Assembly: GCF_963921235.1 (NCBI RefSeq)
Contig: NC_086097.1
Location: forward strand, 77,502,001-77,566,000
Origin: Mobula hypostoma
Taxonomy: Eukaryota
DNA: 64,000 nt
Direction of reading: 5' to 3'
Made by a program: the position numbers and the translations under genes. Of this stretch, positions 37,586 through 48,797 are shown piece after piece (position 1 is the stretch's first letter; every line of letters starts with the position of its first letter). The notes beneath the pieces are model-generated. The model did not search any database, was not told the origin of the DNA, and worked only from the letters and a program-made list of their open reading frames with translations.

Positions 37586-38859
37586 CCTAAATTCAGGCTG
37601 AAATAATTTGCCCAATTATTGTGATGGTTATGTAATATAAGTGACTGAAAGTATCAAGTGCTACACAACAGGAACAAATCTTGTTGCCTAAACACATGTG
37701 CACATTAGCTTTTAAAATAAGGCGGTATTACAGTCTTTACATTGCTCAGAATTTGTAGCAAACTAGGCTCTTAGTTTTGGGTGCTTGGTCTTTTCCCATA
37801 CTTATAAACTATAGAGCACAAAGGAAATTGTTCAGCCTATCATGGTTGTGTTGACCAATTAGAATTGTCATCTGATTAGTTCCACATTCCTTTATTTCTT
37901 TCCCCTTCGTCTCACATGTTTTTTTCCAAATATTTATCCATCATGGAAATATCTGACTGAACCTTCTTTCACCACACATTCCAGGTCATGACAGCTCACA
38001 ATAAAAAAAGATTCTTAATTCATTCTGCTTCTTTTCATGATTTCCTTTAAACCTGTGTCCTCTGGATATTAATCTTGATGTCAGGGAAAGCAGTCCATCA
38101 AAACATTTAACAATTCCAAACATGTTTATTAAATTTCTCCTGAATATCCCCTTAAGAATCCACCATTTCTAGTCTGACCATGTAACTGAACTCCCTCATC
38201 TTCACTACATACTAGGAAATCTTTTCTGTACCTCTTCCAAGGCCTTGACATTGTTCCGGAAATGTGATGAATAGAATTGGCACAATATTCTATCTAACCA
38301 GTGAATTCAATCAAGGTTCAGTATAACAATCTTCCTTTTGTAATTGATGTTTTTATTTATAAAATTGTGGATCCTTTACGAGACTTGTTACACATGTCTG
38401 GGCAACACCGAAGCTCTGTTGAGCTAAGCTCGCCAGGTCATTCTGTTTAAATGTTTCCATTTCTTTTAAAGCAAATTTTATCTAAAAGTCTTGGTAAAAA
38501 TGTGAATTACATCAGTAAGTGATGCAAGCAAGCCCACTGAATAGATTAAGGAAAGGATGTTAATTCTACATCTTTTACAAATTCCAAACTAGTCATAAAG
38601 TATATTCTCCACCTTGTCCTTTGTTTCACTTACTTAACCAAGCACCTTCCTCTTATGTCAAGGACTTCACACCAGAATTTACCTTTCTTGGACACTCCTT
38701 CTAGCCCCTTCAATTAACTTTCTAATTTGGAAATGATTTTGTAACATTGACTATGCCCTTTTCATTCTTTCCCACATTAAGTCCAACCTATCTTCCTCTC
38801 TCTCCTGTTGCTATCATAGTTATACGACCTTCCAATTCAGTTTTGTAAGCTTTCAAATG

Positions 38860-39310
38860 CCTTTCCCCGTTTTCTTCATTCTAATTGCATCTACTCTGAC
38901 GACATCACTTCCACATCAGGTTCTCATTCCGGTTCCGACATGTTGATCCAGGCCTCCTTTTGTGTCAAGATGAGGGCAATCTTAGGGTGGAGGAGGAACC
39001 TGATGTTGTGAGCACTGATTTCTCCTTCTGCTGAACAAAGTTCTCCCTCCACCCCACCTTCCTCTATTTTCCACTCTATCCTTTTACTTCTTTTCATCTG
39101 CCAATTCCTTTCCCCCTGGGTCCCCTCCTTTGTCCTATTGTCCTCTCTCCTCTCCTATCAGATTCTTTCTTCTCATGCCCATGACCTTTCCCATCCACCC
39201 GGCTTCTCCAATCACCTTCCAGCCAGCCTCTTTCCCTCCCCGCCACTGGTTCTAAAGATGGGTCTCGGCGCGAAACATCGACTGTTTACTCTTTTCCATA
39301 GATTGCTGGG
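38860..39310 (+). mobile_element. Decayed Penelope-like fragment
   Basis: Similar to 10690-11000. Ends with a degenerate hammerhead (gggtctcggcgcgaaacatcgac). Confidence 0.65.
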
Positions 39311-39502
39311 CCAAAATCTAGGAACCTTCTACCCAGGGGAACTGTGGGGAAGCCTTCACTCTTCAAACTGCAATGTTCCACGAAGCAGGCAAGTCAACAT
39401 CATCTTCTGAAATTAAGGATAAAGAAGGTTGGCTCTGCTGTGACATGGGTATCCTGAGAATGGATTGTAGGTGATTCAGTATCTATCAAAAATTATTTCA
39501 AC

Positions 39503-39722
39503 ATGAGAAAATGTGCTGATGCTGGAAATCAAAGCAAAACACACAAAATACTGGAAGGACTCAGCAGGCCAGGAAGCATCTCTGGAAAAGAGTAAACAGC
39601 TGGTGCTTTGGGCTGAGACCATATCCTGATGAAGGGTCTCGACCCGAAATGTTGACTGTTTACTCTTTTCCATAGATGCTGCCTGGCTTGCAGAGTTCCT
39701 CCTGCACTTTGGGTATGTTGCT
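39503..39722. repeat. Fold-back (inverted) pair of Penelope 3' ends with a central hammerhead core
   Basis: Arms ~39533-39620 and 39635-39722 are reverse complements. CTGATGA is at 39626-39632 and GAAA at 39646-39649. Confidence 0.8.
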
Positions 39723-39769
39723 GAAAAATGAACTATTTTTTATTCCTCCTTTCCTCTTCCCCCTCTTAA

Positions 39770-40375
39770 TAATGTCAAGATCTTGCTGCATACTGGTATG
39801 GACTGTTTCATTTGTTAAGGAGTTGCGTATGGAATTGAATGTAGCACAATAATCAGTAAAATCCTCACTTCTGGTGAGTAATGAAGATTTTTGGGCCAAG
39901 GACATTTCTCTTTGAAACTTCTGCAGTGATGATATGCAGCCCAGAATACTGATCTTTAGCATTCACTTTCAACTCCTTTGTCAGTCACAATTCCAACAGC
40001 CAGAATGCTTTTCCATTGATACTTTAATTCTATGGGAGTCCTTAATGTCAATCATAGCCAAATCCTGCCTTGGTGCCATGGGCAGTCACTCTTCGCTCAC
40101 CTCTGTAAAACAACCTTTTGGTTCATGTTTGGACCAAGGCTGTGATGAAGTTTGGAACTACAACATCCTAATGAAGCCCAAACTGGGTAGTGCTGCAAAG
40201 TTTATTGATCAGTGCCACAGAAAGCAATGTCAATGGCACCTTTCACCATAATGTGATTGACTATGAGGAGACTGATTTGATTTGTCTAGCGTGTTGTAAA
40301 CAGGACATAACTGGGCAATTCCACACATTGTCAGATCGATGACAGATTTGAAACTATACTGGAACAGCTGTTACA
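39770..40375 (-). mobile_element. Very old CR1/L2-group LINE fragment
   Basis: Minus ORF with SIRNS..NETVHTSMQQDLDII and a remnant of DIK..FDRV (gacattaaggactcccatagaatt). Confidence 0.5.
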
Positions 40376-40554
40376 ATATGAAAGGATTAGATTCAATGGG
40401 TTGAACGGCCTTATTCTGCTCCTATATCTTATATCTTACTTATAGTTCTGGAGGACAGATCTTTAATACTAGAGGTGAGGTGTTCTCTGCACTCTGCCAT
40501 TTCATGAAATTACACAATATTGTGGAAGTCAATCTCCATATAATAAACTGATTA

Positions 40555-41760
40555 GAAAGGCTGGCTCTGGAAAAGAGGAAACAGCCGATACACTGGAGGC
40601 TGTGGTAGAACATAGGACCCCAAAGAAAATCCTGGCAATCCTGGACAATGTCTCTCACCCTCTGCACGCTGCTTTGGCTGAACAGAGGAGCACTTTTAGT
40701 TATAGACTAAGACAACTGCACTTCTCCAAAGAACGTTATATGAGGCCATTCTTTCCATATATATTATATATATATAACCATATATCATATATTTCCCTCA
40801 GTTAAAATGAGTCAACCTATAGCCGGAGAAGTGATGACCTCCTCCTGTTAGACTGTTTGAGGCAACTTATTTTTTTCTTTTCAAATCTTTTTATTGTTAT
40901 ATTATACAGGAAAAATAACATGAGTACATTGAAGTAACAACACTTACAATGCCTCAAAAAAACATTATCTTAAAGATTGAAAAAAAGATTTTGTGATAAC
41001 AAAAAAAAACCTGCTAAGCAGAAAAGTGAGAGAAAAAAAAGAACCCATTAGGTGTACAACCCCGGAGTCATGTGTCATACAAAAAGCTTCTAAAAATAAA
41101 CATCAAACCGCCAGCAAAAAAAGAAAATATACTAAAAAATTTACAATTAGATTGTTTTTTGATAGGATTGATTCTATTATTTTACCTTTTATTTGGAATA
41201 ATAAAAGACCAAGAATTAGTAAATGTCCTTTACAAAAATTGAAAAATGATGGAGGTCTTGCTTTGCCTCATCTAAGAATGTATTATTGGGCTGTTAATGT
41301 GCGATATATGACTTTTTGGTTATACTGGGTTAATAAGAGTGATCGGCCAATTTGGGTAGACCTGGAACTGAAAGTTGTAAAACAGTTTTATTTAACCTTG
41401 TTATTGGGAGCTCCTTTACCTATGCAATTAGTTAAAGTTGTTAATTTAAACCTATATCCTGTGATTAAGTATTCTTTACAAATTTGGCTCCAATTCCGCA
41501 ATATTTTTAATCTTAAAAAATTTAAACTTTGTAGTTTAATTTACTGAAATTACTTTTTTAAGCCTTCTTTGAGTGATCCAATTTTTTTACTTTGGAAAAA
41601 TAAAGGTATTAATTCTTTTTTGGATTTATTTAAAGAAGATAGATTGATGTCTTTTGAACAATTAATTGGCAACTTATTTTTTATTCTTTTAATATTTGTA
41701 TCTTTGTACATCTGTGAATTGGTAATGCTACAGTGACACTGTAATTTCCTTTGGGATCTA
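40555..41760 (+). mobile_element. Rex1 LINE 3' end interrupted by an L1 insertion
   Basis: ORF ILAILDNVSHPLH...RSTFSYRLRQL...ERYMR. The 3' UTR resumes after 41682 and ends aatttcctttgggatc with a (tatc)n tail. Confidence 0.8.
40876..41667. mobile_element. L1-clade insertion with 5' inversion
   Basis: 15-bp TSD ggcaacttatttttt (40861-40875 / 41668-41682). A minus-strand 3' UTR with AATAAA and an A-rich tail (40876-~41150) is joined to plus-strand ORF2 (FIWNNKRPRI...GGLALP..RMYYWA). Confidence 0.88.
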
Positions 41761-41834
41761 ATTATCTATCTATTATATTATATGGTCTATATGGTATATA
41801 ATCTATCTATTATATTCATGGTCAGGTCACTCGT

Positions 41835-41904
41835 CTGAGTACTACTGGTACTGTGTAACTCAGTGCTACCTGTCGCATGGTCGGGTGGTCAGCGACTAAA
41901 CCAG
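41835..41904 (+). ncRNA. Putative degenerate HDV-like ribozyme at the RTE 5' end
   Basis: Nested pairings ctgagt/actcag (P1), ctggt/accag (P2) and tcgc/gcga (P4), with CTAA as J4/2. The P3/L3 segment is too short. Confidence 0.45.
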
Positions 41905-42296
41905 CTCTTCCATCAGGCTTGCTTGGTGAGGAGGGTGGCTAGACACTCTGCAGGATGAAAAACAAGACCTGTCAAAGGGTGGATAAACCCTCTCTTAGGG
42001 TCAACGGATCATCAAATGGTGTGGTCGGATCTATGTCTATCAATCAATCCTCCATGCAGACTGAATGCTGCCAAATCACCCAAAAAGCTGAACACCACCA
42101 AACTGAAACATCATGAGTGTGCTGATGCTCTGAAATCCTCTGTGGAAACTGCTGTAAGCAGACTGGTTGAGAATCCACCAGACGATATGACTGAGCACTG
42201 GAATGCCTTCAAAGAAATGGTCTACAGCGCTGCCCAGGACACCTTGGTGAAAGTCTAGCACCAGCATTGGGACTGGTTTGATGAGAGAACCAATCT

Positions 42297-43188
42297 GTGC
42301 AAGAGCTTCTAGGAGCTAAGGCAGCTGCACACCAGGCTCTTCCACACCCAAACTCAAGTTCCAAAAAACGTGCCTTTTTGAGTGCAAAATCAACATTGCA
42401 GAGGCAGCTCAGAGCTATGAAAAACCAGTGGTGGGCAAACAAGGCCAAAGAGCTGCAAGTCTTCGCTGACTGTAATGACTCAAGAAGCTTCTATGAAGCA
42501 ATCGAGGTTGTTTATGGTCCATCAAAACAAGGCACCTCACAACTCCTGAGCAAGGACAGTTCATCCATCTTCACTGAGAAGTCAGAGCACATGAAAAGAT
42601 GGCAAGAACACTTCCACGAGCTACTGAACAGACCAGGAACCATCACCGATGAAGCACTGGGCAGAGTACACCCTCGACCCATACTGTTCGAGCTAGATGC
42701 TCCCCTTACTCTTCACGAGGTCATCAAAGCCATCAAACAGCTAAAACCCAACAAAGCACCGGGGCCTGACAGTATTGCAGCCAAGATCTACCAGTATAGT
42801 GGTCACAAACTGACATCATGCCTGCACCAGCTGTTCACAAAGTTGTGGGGAGCTGCAGAACTACTACAAGATTTCAAAGACGCAATCATGACCATTTACA
42901 AGAACAAGGGAGACAAGAGAGACTGCAACAATTACTGTGGCATCTCTCTTCTGTCAGTTGTAGGAAAATGCCTCGGGAAGATCATCCTTAGACACTTGAT
43001 GTCCAACATTAGTGACAACATCCTTCTAGAAAGCCAGTGTGGCTTTCCAACAGGCCGTAATACGGTGGACATGATCTTTTCACTGAGGCAGCTCCAAGAG
43101 AAATGTGTTGAGCAGCAGAGAAGTCTCTATGTCACATTTGTTGATCTAACCAAAGCGTTTGATACTGTTGGTAGAGATTGCCTGTGGA
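42297..43188 (+). pseudogene. RTE reverse transcriptase, N-terminal RT part
   Basis: The 306-aa ORF has RTE-type motifs and is cut at DTVGRDCLW by the LTR insertion. Confidence 0.85.
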
Positions 43189-44578
43189 TGTCATGGTCCG
43201 GATTGGGGTCCCTTTAAATTTAGCTTGTTTATGTTACGATCTGGACCGTTGATTCCCTGTTTTCCCGTGTCCCTTGACTTTGGTGATTAGAGGCAATTAA
43301 CACTCAGCTGAACCGGTAGTTTATAGTCTCTGGCTTTCAGCCGTTCAGGGCGGGAGCGTCTGCAAAGGTACGGCGTGCCAATGACATCTGGCCGGAGCAA
43401 GCCTAGTCTCTGCCGAAGCGAGTGTCGGTAATTCGCCTCTCCTCACTGGAGCAACCCTGTCCAGTTACCTCGCCAAAGCAAGCCTGCAAAGTTTCCTCAC
43501 CGAGGTGGGTCCGTCAGTTAACCCGCCGGAGAGAATCAAGAGCCGCTGTCTACTGTTCCCGGGCCGAGTCCAGAGCTTGCCACTACCCGGAGGCTCCAAG
43601 TCAAGTCCTGGCCCTGGCGGCATTCAAGTACCAAGGTCAAGTCCTGACCCTGGCGGCGTTCTAGCACCAGGTCAAGTCCTGGCCCTGGCGGCATTCAAGT
43701 ACCAAAGTCAAGTCCTGACCCTGGCGGTGTTCTAGCACCAAGTCAAGTCCTGGCCCTGGTGGCATTTTAGCACCAAGTCAAGTCCTGGCCCTGGCGGTCT
43801 GTGATTCCTGTCCTACGCCCTTGTCTGAATCCCTTCTCTGCCCCTCTCGCCTCTAGCCTGCCTGCACTTTAGTCTAGTTCCATCACCGGAGCTAGATAGG
43901 TACTGTCTGGTGTTCATTCGTGTTGGTCTTGTCTTGTCTGGTCCTCGCCTCTGTGGGGTAGGTCAGGCCGTCTTGCCATTGCCCTGCGGGGGTGTCATGT
44001 TCTGTCTTGTCTTCTCCTCGCCTCCGTGGGGTAAGTCAGGCCGTCTTGCCGTTGCCCCATAGAGGGTCAAGGGTCCCAGCCCTATGTCCTGTACCCAAGG
44101 AGGGGTCCCGGCTCTCTGTTCTGTGTGTGAGTCCCGGCCCTATGTCCTGTACCCAAGGAGGGTTTCCCGACTCTGTGTTCTGTGTATGTGTCCATGGTTC
44201 CATGTACCTGCTGCCCAAGACCGAGGCTTTGTGTCCCCATGTTCCTCCTCTCCTTAGACCATGTCATGTCCTTGCCTGGTTCTGGGGTCCGAACCCGAGG
44301 CAAGACCCAGGTACTGGGTCCTTGCCCAGTCACTGGCTCGGAGTCCATACCCTAGCCTCTTCATGTCTCCTCTAGTTCTGGGAGCTGATTCCGAGCCCAA
44401 ACCCAGACCCTTGGTCCCAGCCTAGTCGTAGTCCTGAGTCCTTGTCCAGTTGGCTATTTCCTGCTCCTGCCTTGCTCTCCTGGTATCGAACAATAACCTA
44501 AATCTAAGTAACCTCACAAGATGTGTCTTGCATTTGGGTCCACCCTTGCTCCCAGTGCCCCCCCCCCCCAGTGTGACA
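43189..44578. mobile_element. Solo LTR (Gypsy-like), 1390 bp
   Basis: Termini are tgtca...tgaca, with a 5-bp TSD gtgga (43184-43188 / 44579-44583). Shares blocks with 5493-6759. Confidence 0.88.
43596..43799. repeat. 35/36-bp tandem repeat (~6 copies) inside the LTR
   Basis: Unit cca(a)gtcaagtcctg(g/a)ccctggcggc..., with alternating A/B variants. Confidence 0.95.
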
Positions 44579-44583
44579 GTGGA

Positions 44584-45849
44584 AGGTCCTACCAAAATTT
44601 GGTTGCCCCCACACCTAACCAACATCATCCATCAGTTCCACAAAGGCATGGAAGGCCGCATCAATATGTGTGGTGAGTTGTCAGACCCGTTTTCCATCAG
44701 CAACAATGCAAAACAGGGTTGTGTTCTGGCTCCTACTCTACTTGGACTATTCTTCGCTGCTGTTCTTCAAGATGCCACATCAGACCTGAAGTTAGCGGTC
44801 TTCCTACAAACGAGGGCTGATGGTGGGCTCCTCAACCTCGCAAGATTGAGAGCAAAACCAGAAGTCAGGGACATTGTGACACATGAGCTACAGTTTGCTG
44901 ATGACTGTGCACTGGTTGCCCGCTCTCTCGAAGACTTACAGGAGATCACCAGTCGCTTTACCAGTGCAGCCAAAAGCTTTGGACTGACAATCAGCCTGAA
45001 AAAGACGGAAGTTTTGTACCAAGCAGCTCCTGGCTCAAGCTACGAAGAACCAACTGTCCTCATTGATGACACTCGTCTCAATGCTGTTAACAAGTTTTGC
45101 TACCTGGGCAGCATAATAACATCCTCAGCTTCTCTGGATGTAGAGATTGAGTCAAGAACCAGAAAAAGCCTGCTTTGCCTTTGGTCAGCTGAAAGATCAA
45201 GTTTGGTCACAGAACATCAGGTTGGCCACCAAGTGCAAGGAATACAGGGCCGTTGTCATATCAACCTTGTTATATGGATGGGAGACATGGTGCCCTTATC
45301 AGAGACACTTACGCCAGCTTGACCAACTGCAGCAGAGTCACCTACGTTCTCTGAAGAAGATCACCTTGCGAGACAAGCTCTCCAATACTGAGGTCCTCTC
45401 TCAAGAGGAATGCCAGCAGTTTCAACCTTGGTAATGTCAGCCCAACTGCGCTGGGCAGGACATGTTGTTGGAATGCCTGACGGAAGACTGCCCAAGGACA
45501 TCTTGTACAGCCAACTGTCCAGAGGTACCCGAAAACAAGGAGGCCAGCGACTATGGTACAAGGATGTTCTGCACAGGAGGCTCAAGAAAGCTGATATTGC
45601 CCCATCAACATGGGAGGATCTGGCTCAAGATCACTCACAGGGGATGGATCATCCATCAGAAAAGGTGTGGATGCTGCTGAGAACAAGCTCAACGAGGCAA
45701 CAGAGGAAAGGCACAGGAAGCGCCACAACAGGGCTTCTGCCCCTGCTGCCCCTCCAGGCCTCACCTGTCAAGTATGTGGCAAGCAGTGCCCATCAAGGAT
45801 CGGCCTGTACTGCCACTACAGGCCGCACATACTAAACCCCACTAACTGA
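44584..45849 (+). pseudogene. RTE reverse transcriptase C-terminal part and zinc finger, frameshifted
   Basis: KQGCVLAPTL, LQFADD, FCYLGS, TLLYGWETW, LRWAGHV and CQVCGKQCPSRIGLYCH lie in successive frames. Confidence 0.85.
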
Positions 45850-45887
45850 CTGAAAGGAACCATCATCATCCTATGGGATGGATACCC

Positions 45888-45940
<53 letters not shown>
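45888..45940. repeat. (GA)n microsatellite forming the RTE tail
   Basis: Direct observation. Confidence 0.95.
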
Positions 45941-46329
45941 TTATATCAGATTAACTTCCACAAAAATCTCAAGTGAAAGCTGGGGTCAATCATCTTCTAG
46001 AACATAGTATAGCACTGCACAGTACAGGCCCTTCGGCCCACAATGTTGTGCCGACCCTTAAACCCTGCCTCCCATATAACCCCCCACCTTAAATTCCTCC
46101 ATATACTAAATTTGGCTGAACAAATTTATGAATGCTGTGCAGATTACCTTTGAACATGCTTATTACAACACAGAACTTATCCTAATAACCTATTAGTTAA
46201 TTTAGTACACACCATCTCTGAGCAAAGGAAACCAACAAGTCCCATTCTCCCTTGTCTTATTCCTCTAACATCTTGCATTCTGTACCCCTCAGATACTGAT
46301 CACCTTATTCCTTCTGCTTCTTTTTACCA

Positions 46330-46505
46330 TTTATCACAGAGGCAAATTAGAGCAGCCTGTTACCTCAACAGCACAGTTTTGGGACATGGGAGGAAACCTA
46401 GAGCCCCCGAGGAAATTGGTGCAAATTGCACGCAGAGAGCACGTGACGTCATACCTCAACCCGGGTTTCTGCAGCTGACAGGCAGCAGGTCAAACCACTG
46501 CACTA
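46330..46505 (-). mobile_element. V-SINE-like fragment
   Basis: tgggaggaaacctagagc is the reverse complement of the V-domain. Confidence 0.5.
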
Positions 46506-46571
46506 CCTTGACAGAGTGCAAGGTCCTCAAATTACAACACTAAGCTAAAGATAGAGCAGTATATAAATTCA

Positions 46572-47240
46572 TGAAGATGGCGCCATGACGCAGCTCGCAG
46601 AGACCTCTCCGGTGGTGATGTCTGTTATTTGTCAAGTGGGGTGCCGTGCACAGTCCTGATTTAATGGAGACGGATGTGAGAGCACGGAGGAACATCTGGT
46701 GAAACTTCGGAAATGCCTGCTTCGCTGCTGCTGCTGCTGTGTGGTCCGGAATCTCTGGAGGAGAAGGCTCCGAGTCCTCAGCTTTGCTTGTTGCTCGGCG
46801 GCCAGGGTGGGGTCAAAGCGCTTGGCAGAGGATGGTGCTCGGAGAGGCTGTGTTGGAGGGGCTGATCGAAGGCTCGAAGTTTTCGGACGGACTCTGAGTC
46901 CGCTGCGGTCGGGTGCTTCCAATGGTGCTGCATCGGCGAGTTGGTGGCGTTTGGAAGTTCATGGCGGGGAGAGTTTCTCCCTTCTGCCGCCTGCATGAGA
47001 TGATGAGGCTATCGGGACTTTGAGACTTTTTTTAACCATGCCTATGGTCTGCTCTTTATCAAATTATGGTATTGCTTTGCACTGTTGTAACTATACGTTA
47101 TAATTATGTGGTTTTGTCAGTTTTAGTCTTTGTTTGTCCTGTGTTTTCTTGTGATATCATTTTGGAGGAACGTTGTATCATTTTTTAATGCATGCATTTC
47201 TAAATGACAATAAACAGAAACGGAACTGAACTGAACTGAA
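46572..47240 (+). mobile_element. Non-autonomous retroelement with CpG-rich head and Rex1/Babar-type tail
   Basis: Starts at aagatggcg and has no RT. Ends aatgacaataaac followed by (gaact)n. Confidence 0.65.
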
Positions 47241-47980
47241 AGAACATGGAGTAAGTACTAATATTCTCAGAAAAATTCAGAAAATATGCTTGTTCAGGAT
47301 TACAGCTGACTGCCAACAGATCTAAAACTACAAAAAACGAAACTTTTCAGATTATGAGAAGCAATGAGATGCAGATGAATTATCTGTAAAAGATATATAA
47401 AATGAATTGACAAAAGCAAGGTGCACGCACTCACCCTGAACAATAAATCAAACTTGCAATAACAACAGCAGCAGCAATGTTTCAATGTATATAAATGCTA
47501 ATGGACAAACGAGAGTAAGCCACCACAGCAGTCCCACACTTACAAATCTCACAGACTGCTGGCAGCCACAAGGAGCCTTATGGTAATGATTTTGTACATT
47601 ACAGTGTATGCATTCCATAGCAGAATAGGCAGCCAAAAGGTCTGACACAAGAAAAAAAACACAACTGGTAAATATTTTCTAAATGACCCCAGACTTCGAG
47701 CAATACAAGCTCATCTCTTCTTCTTGCTGCCTGGAGAAATAAGATGGTGCTGCAAAGATGAAAATATATTTGCATCCCCTTTACCTTCCAAATGGATAAG
47801 AATGTACAAATCATGTCTCCTGCAGCAACCATTTGGATTTAGCTGGATGTTCCAATCTTCAAAATAAACACGGTATAAACAAGAGGAAATGGACTGGAAA
47901 AAAACACATTGTGAGAGTTGCTTGTTCACATATCCATTTCTCAGGATGCGGGCACTGCTGGTAAGGCTGGCAGTTATTTA

Positions 47981-48797
47981 GCGCGCATGCGCCAGTCGTG
48001 CATGCAGCCTGGTACAGCCGTTCCGATCTATTCTTACTTTCTTCTTCTTACTTTTTAATTTACGTTATTTTTTTGTATTTTTTTCTCACGGTTAACACGT
48101 CGAAGCTGCACCCTCTCTAACATGCTGGTAGAGAGAGTTTGATTTGGGTTTTCTTTAGCGCTGGAAATGGTTACATCCCGACATGCGGGACAGAAGCAAG
48201 GTCACATTTTGTATTCCACGGACCAGCAAGTGCTGGCCAGTTTAGCGAGCAGAGCGGCGGACACTTCTGCTGAAATCCGGAGGAAAACACACAGAGGATG
48301 CAGAGGGGGATCACAAAGCCGAGGAAAGAAGACTGGGTCGAGACAACAGAGACTTTTGGAGAAGAGGAGTTCGGTGGGTAATACCGTTCCGGCTGACCGG
48401 AAGTGCACTGAGAGCAGTAAGCGTAAAGGAGTTGGGTGTTTACTGATCTGGCTAACAACAGATGGTGCAATCCGGGGCATATTACGATCGAGGAACGTGT
48501 TTGCAGATTGGATATTGAACTTTTTACTGTTGGACTTCGGCCACATTCCACCGTGATACGACACTTGGCGGCACGAGAGGTCGAACGTGCAGTTCCTCCC
48601 GTGGAGGGTCAGACACCCTGAGCCAGATAGACTGGTCCTGGACTTATTTTCCATCTGGCATAGTTTGCATTTTAGTGTTTGATTGTTGGGGTTTTATGTA
48701 TTGCTATATTTACGCTCTATTCTTGGTTGGTGCGGCTGTAATGAAACCAAATTTCCCTCGGGATTAATAAAGTATATCTATCTATCTATTTATCTAT
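47981..48797 (+). mobile_element. Internally deleted Rex1 derivative inserted in an old DeuSINE-like SINE
   Basis: CpG-rich 5' UTR and short ORF pieces (RRKTHRGCRGG; NNRWCNPGHITIEERVC..DIELFTVGLRP, an endonuclease piece). The 3' end is cctcgggattaataaagta(tcta)n. Confidence 0.78.

Larger units (their letters stand above)
41820..45940 (+). mobile_element. RTE-clade LINE, endonuclease region deleted, split by a solo LTR
   Basis: ORF pieces 42016-42258, 42297-43188 (KAPGPD, NYCGISLLS, FVDLTKAFD), 44584-45322 (KQGCVLAP, FADD) and 45410-45849 (LRWAGHV, C2H2 finger CQVC...H...H). Ends in a 3' hairpin and a (GA)n tail. Confidence 0.9.

Noticed and set aside
40993..41547. 184-aa ORF as a novel gene
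   Set aside because: It is a chimera of antisense L1 3' UTR (Lys-rich start) and an L1 ORF2 fragment, created by the inversion.
43596..43799. 35-36-bp repeats of CRISPR-like length
   Set aside because: The units are head-to-tail with no unique spacers, lie inside an LTR, and have no cas genes nearby in a vertebrate context.
46632..46998. Overlapping ORFs with poly-Q and poly-C runs
   Set aside because: They arise from a short (ctg)n run in a GC-rich non-autonomous repeat and have no recognisable domain.
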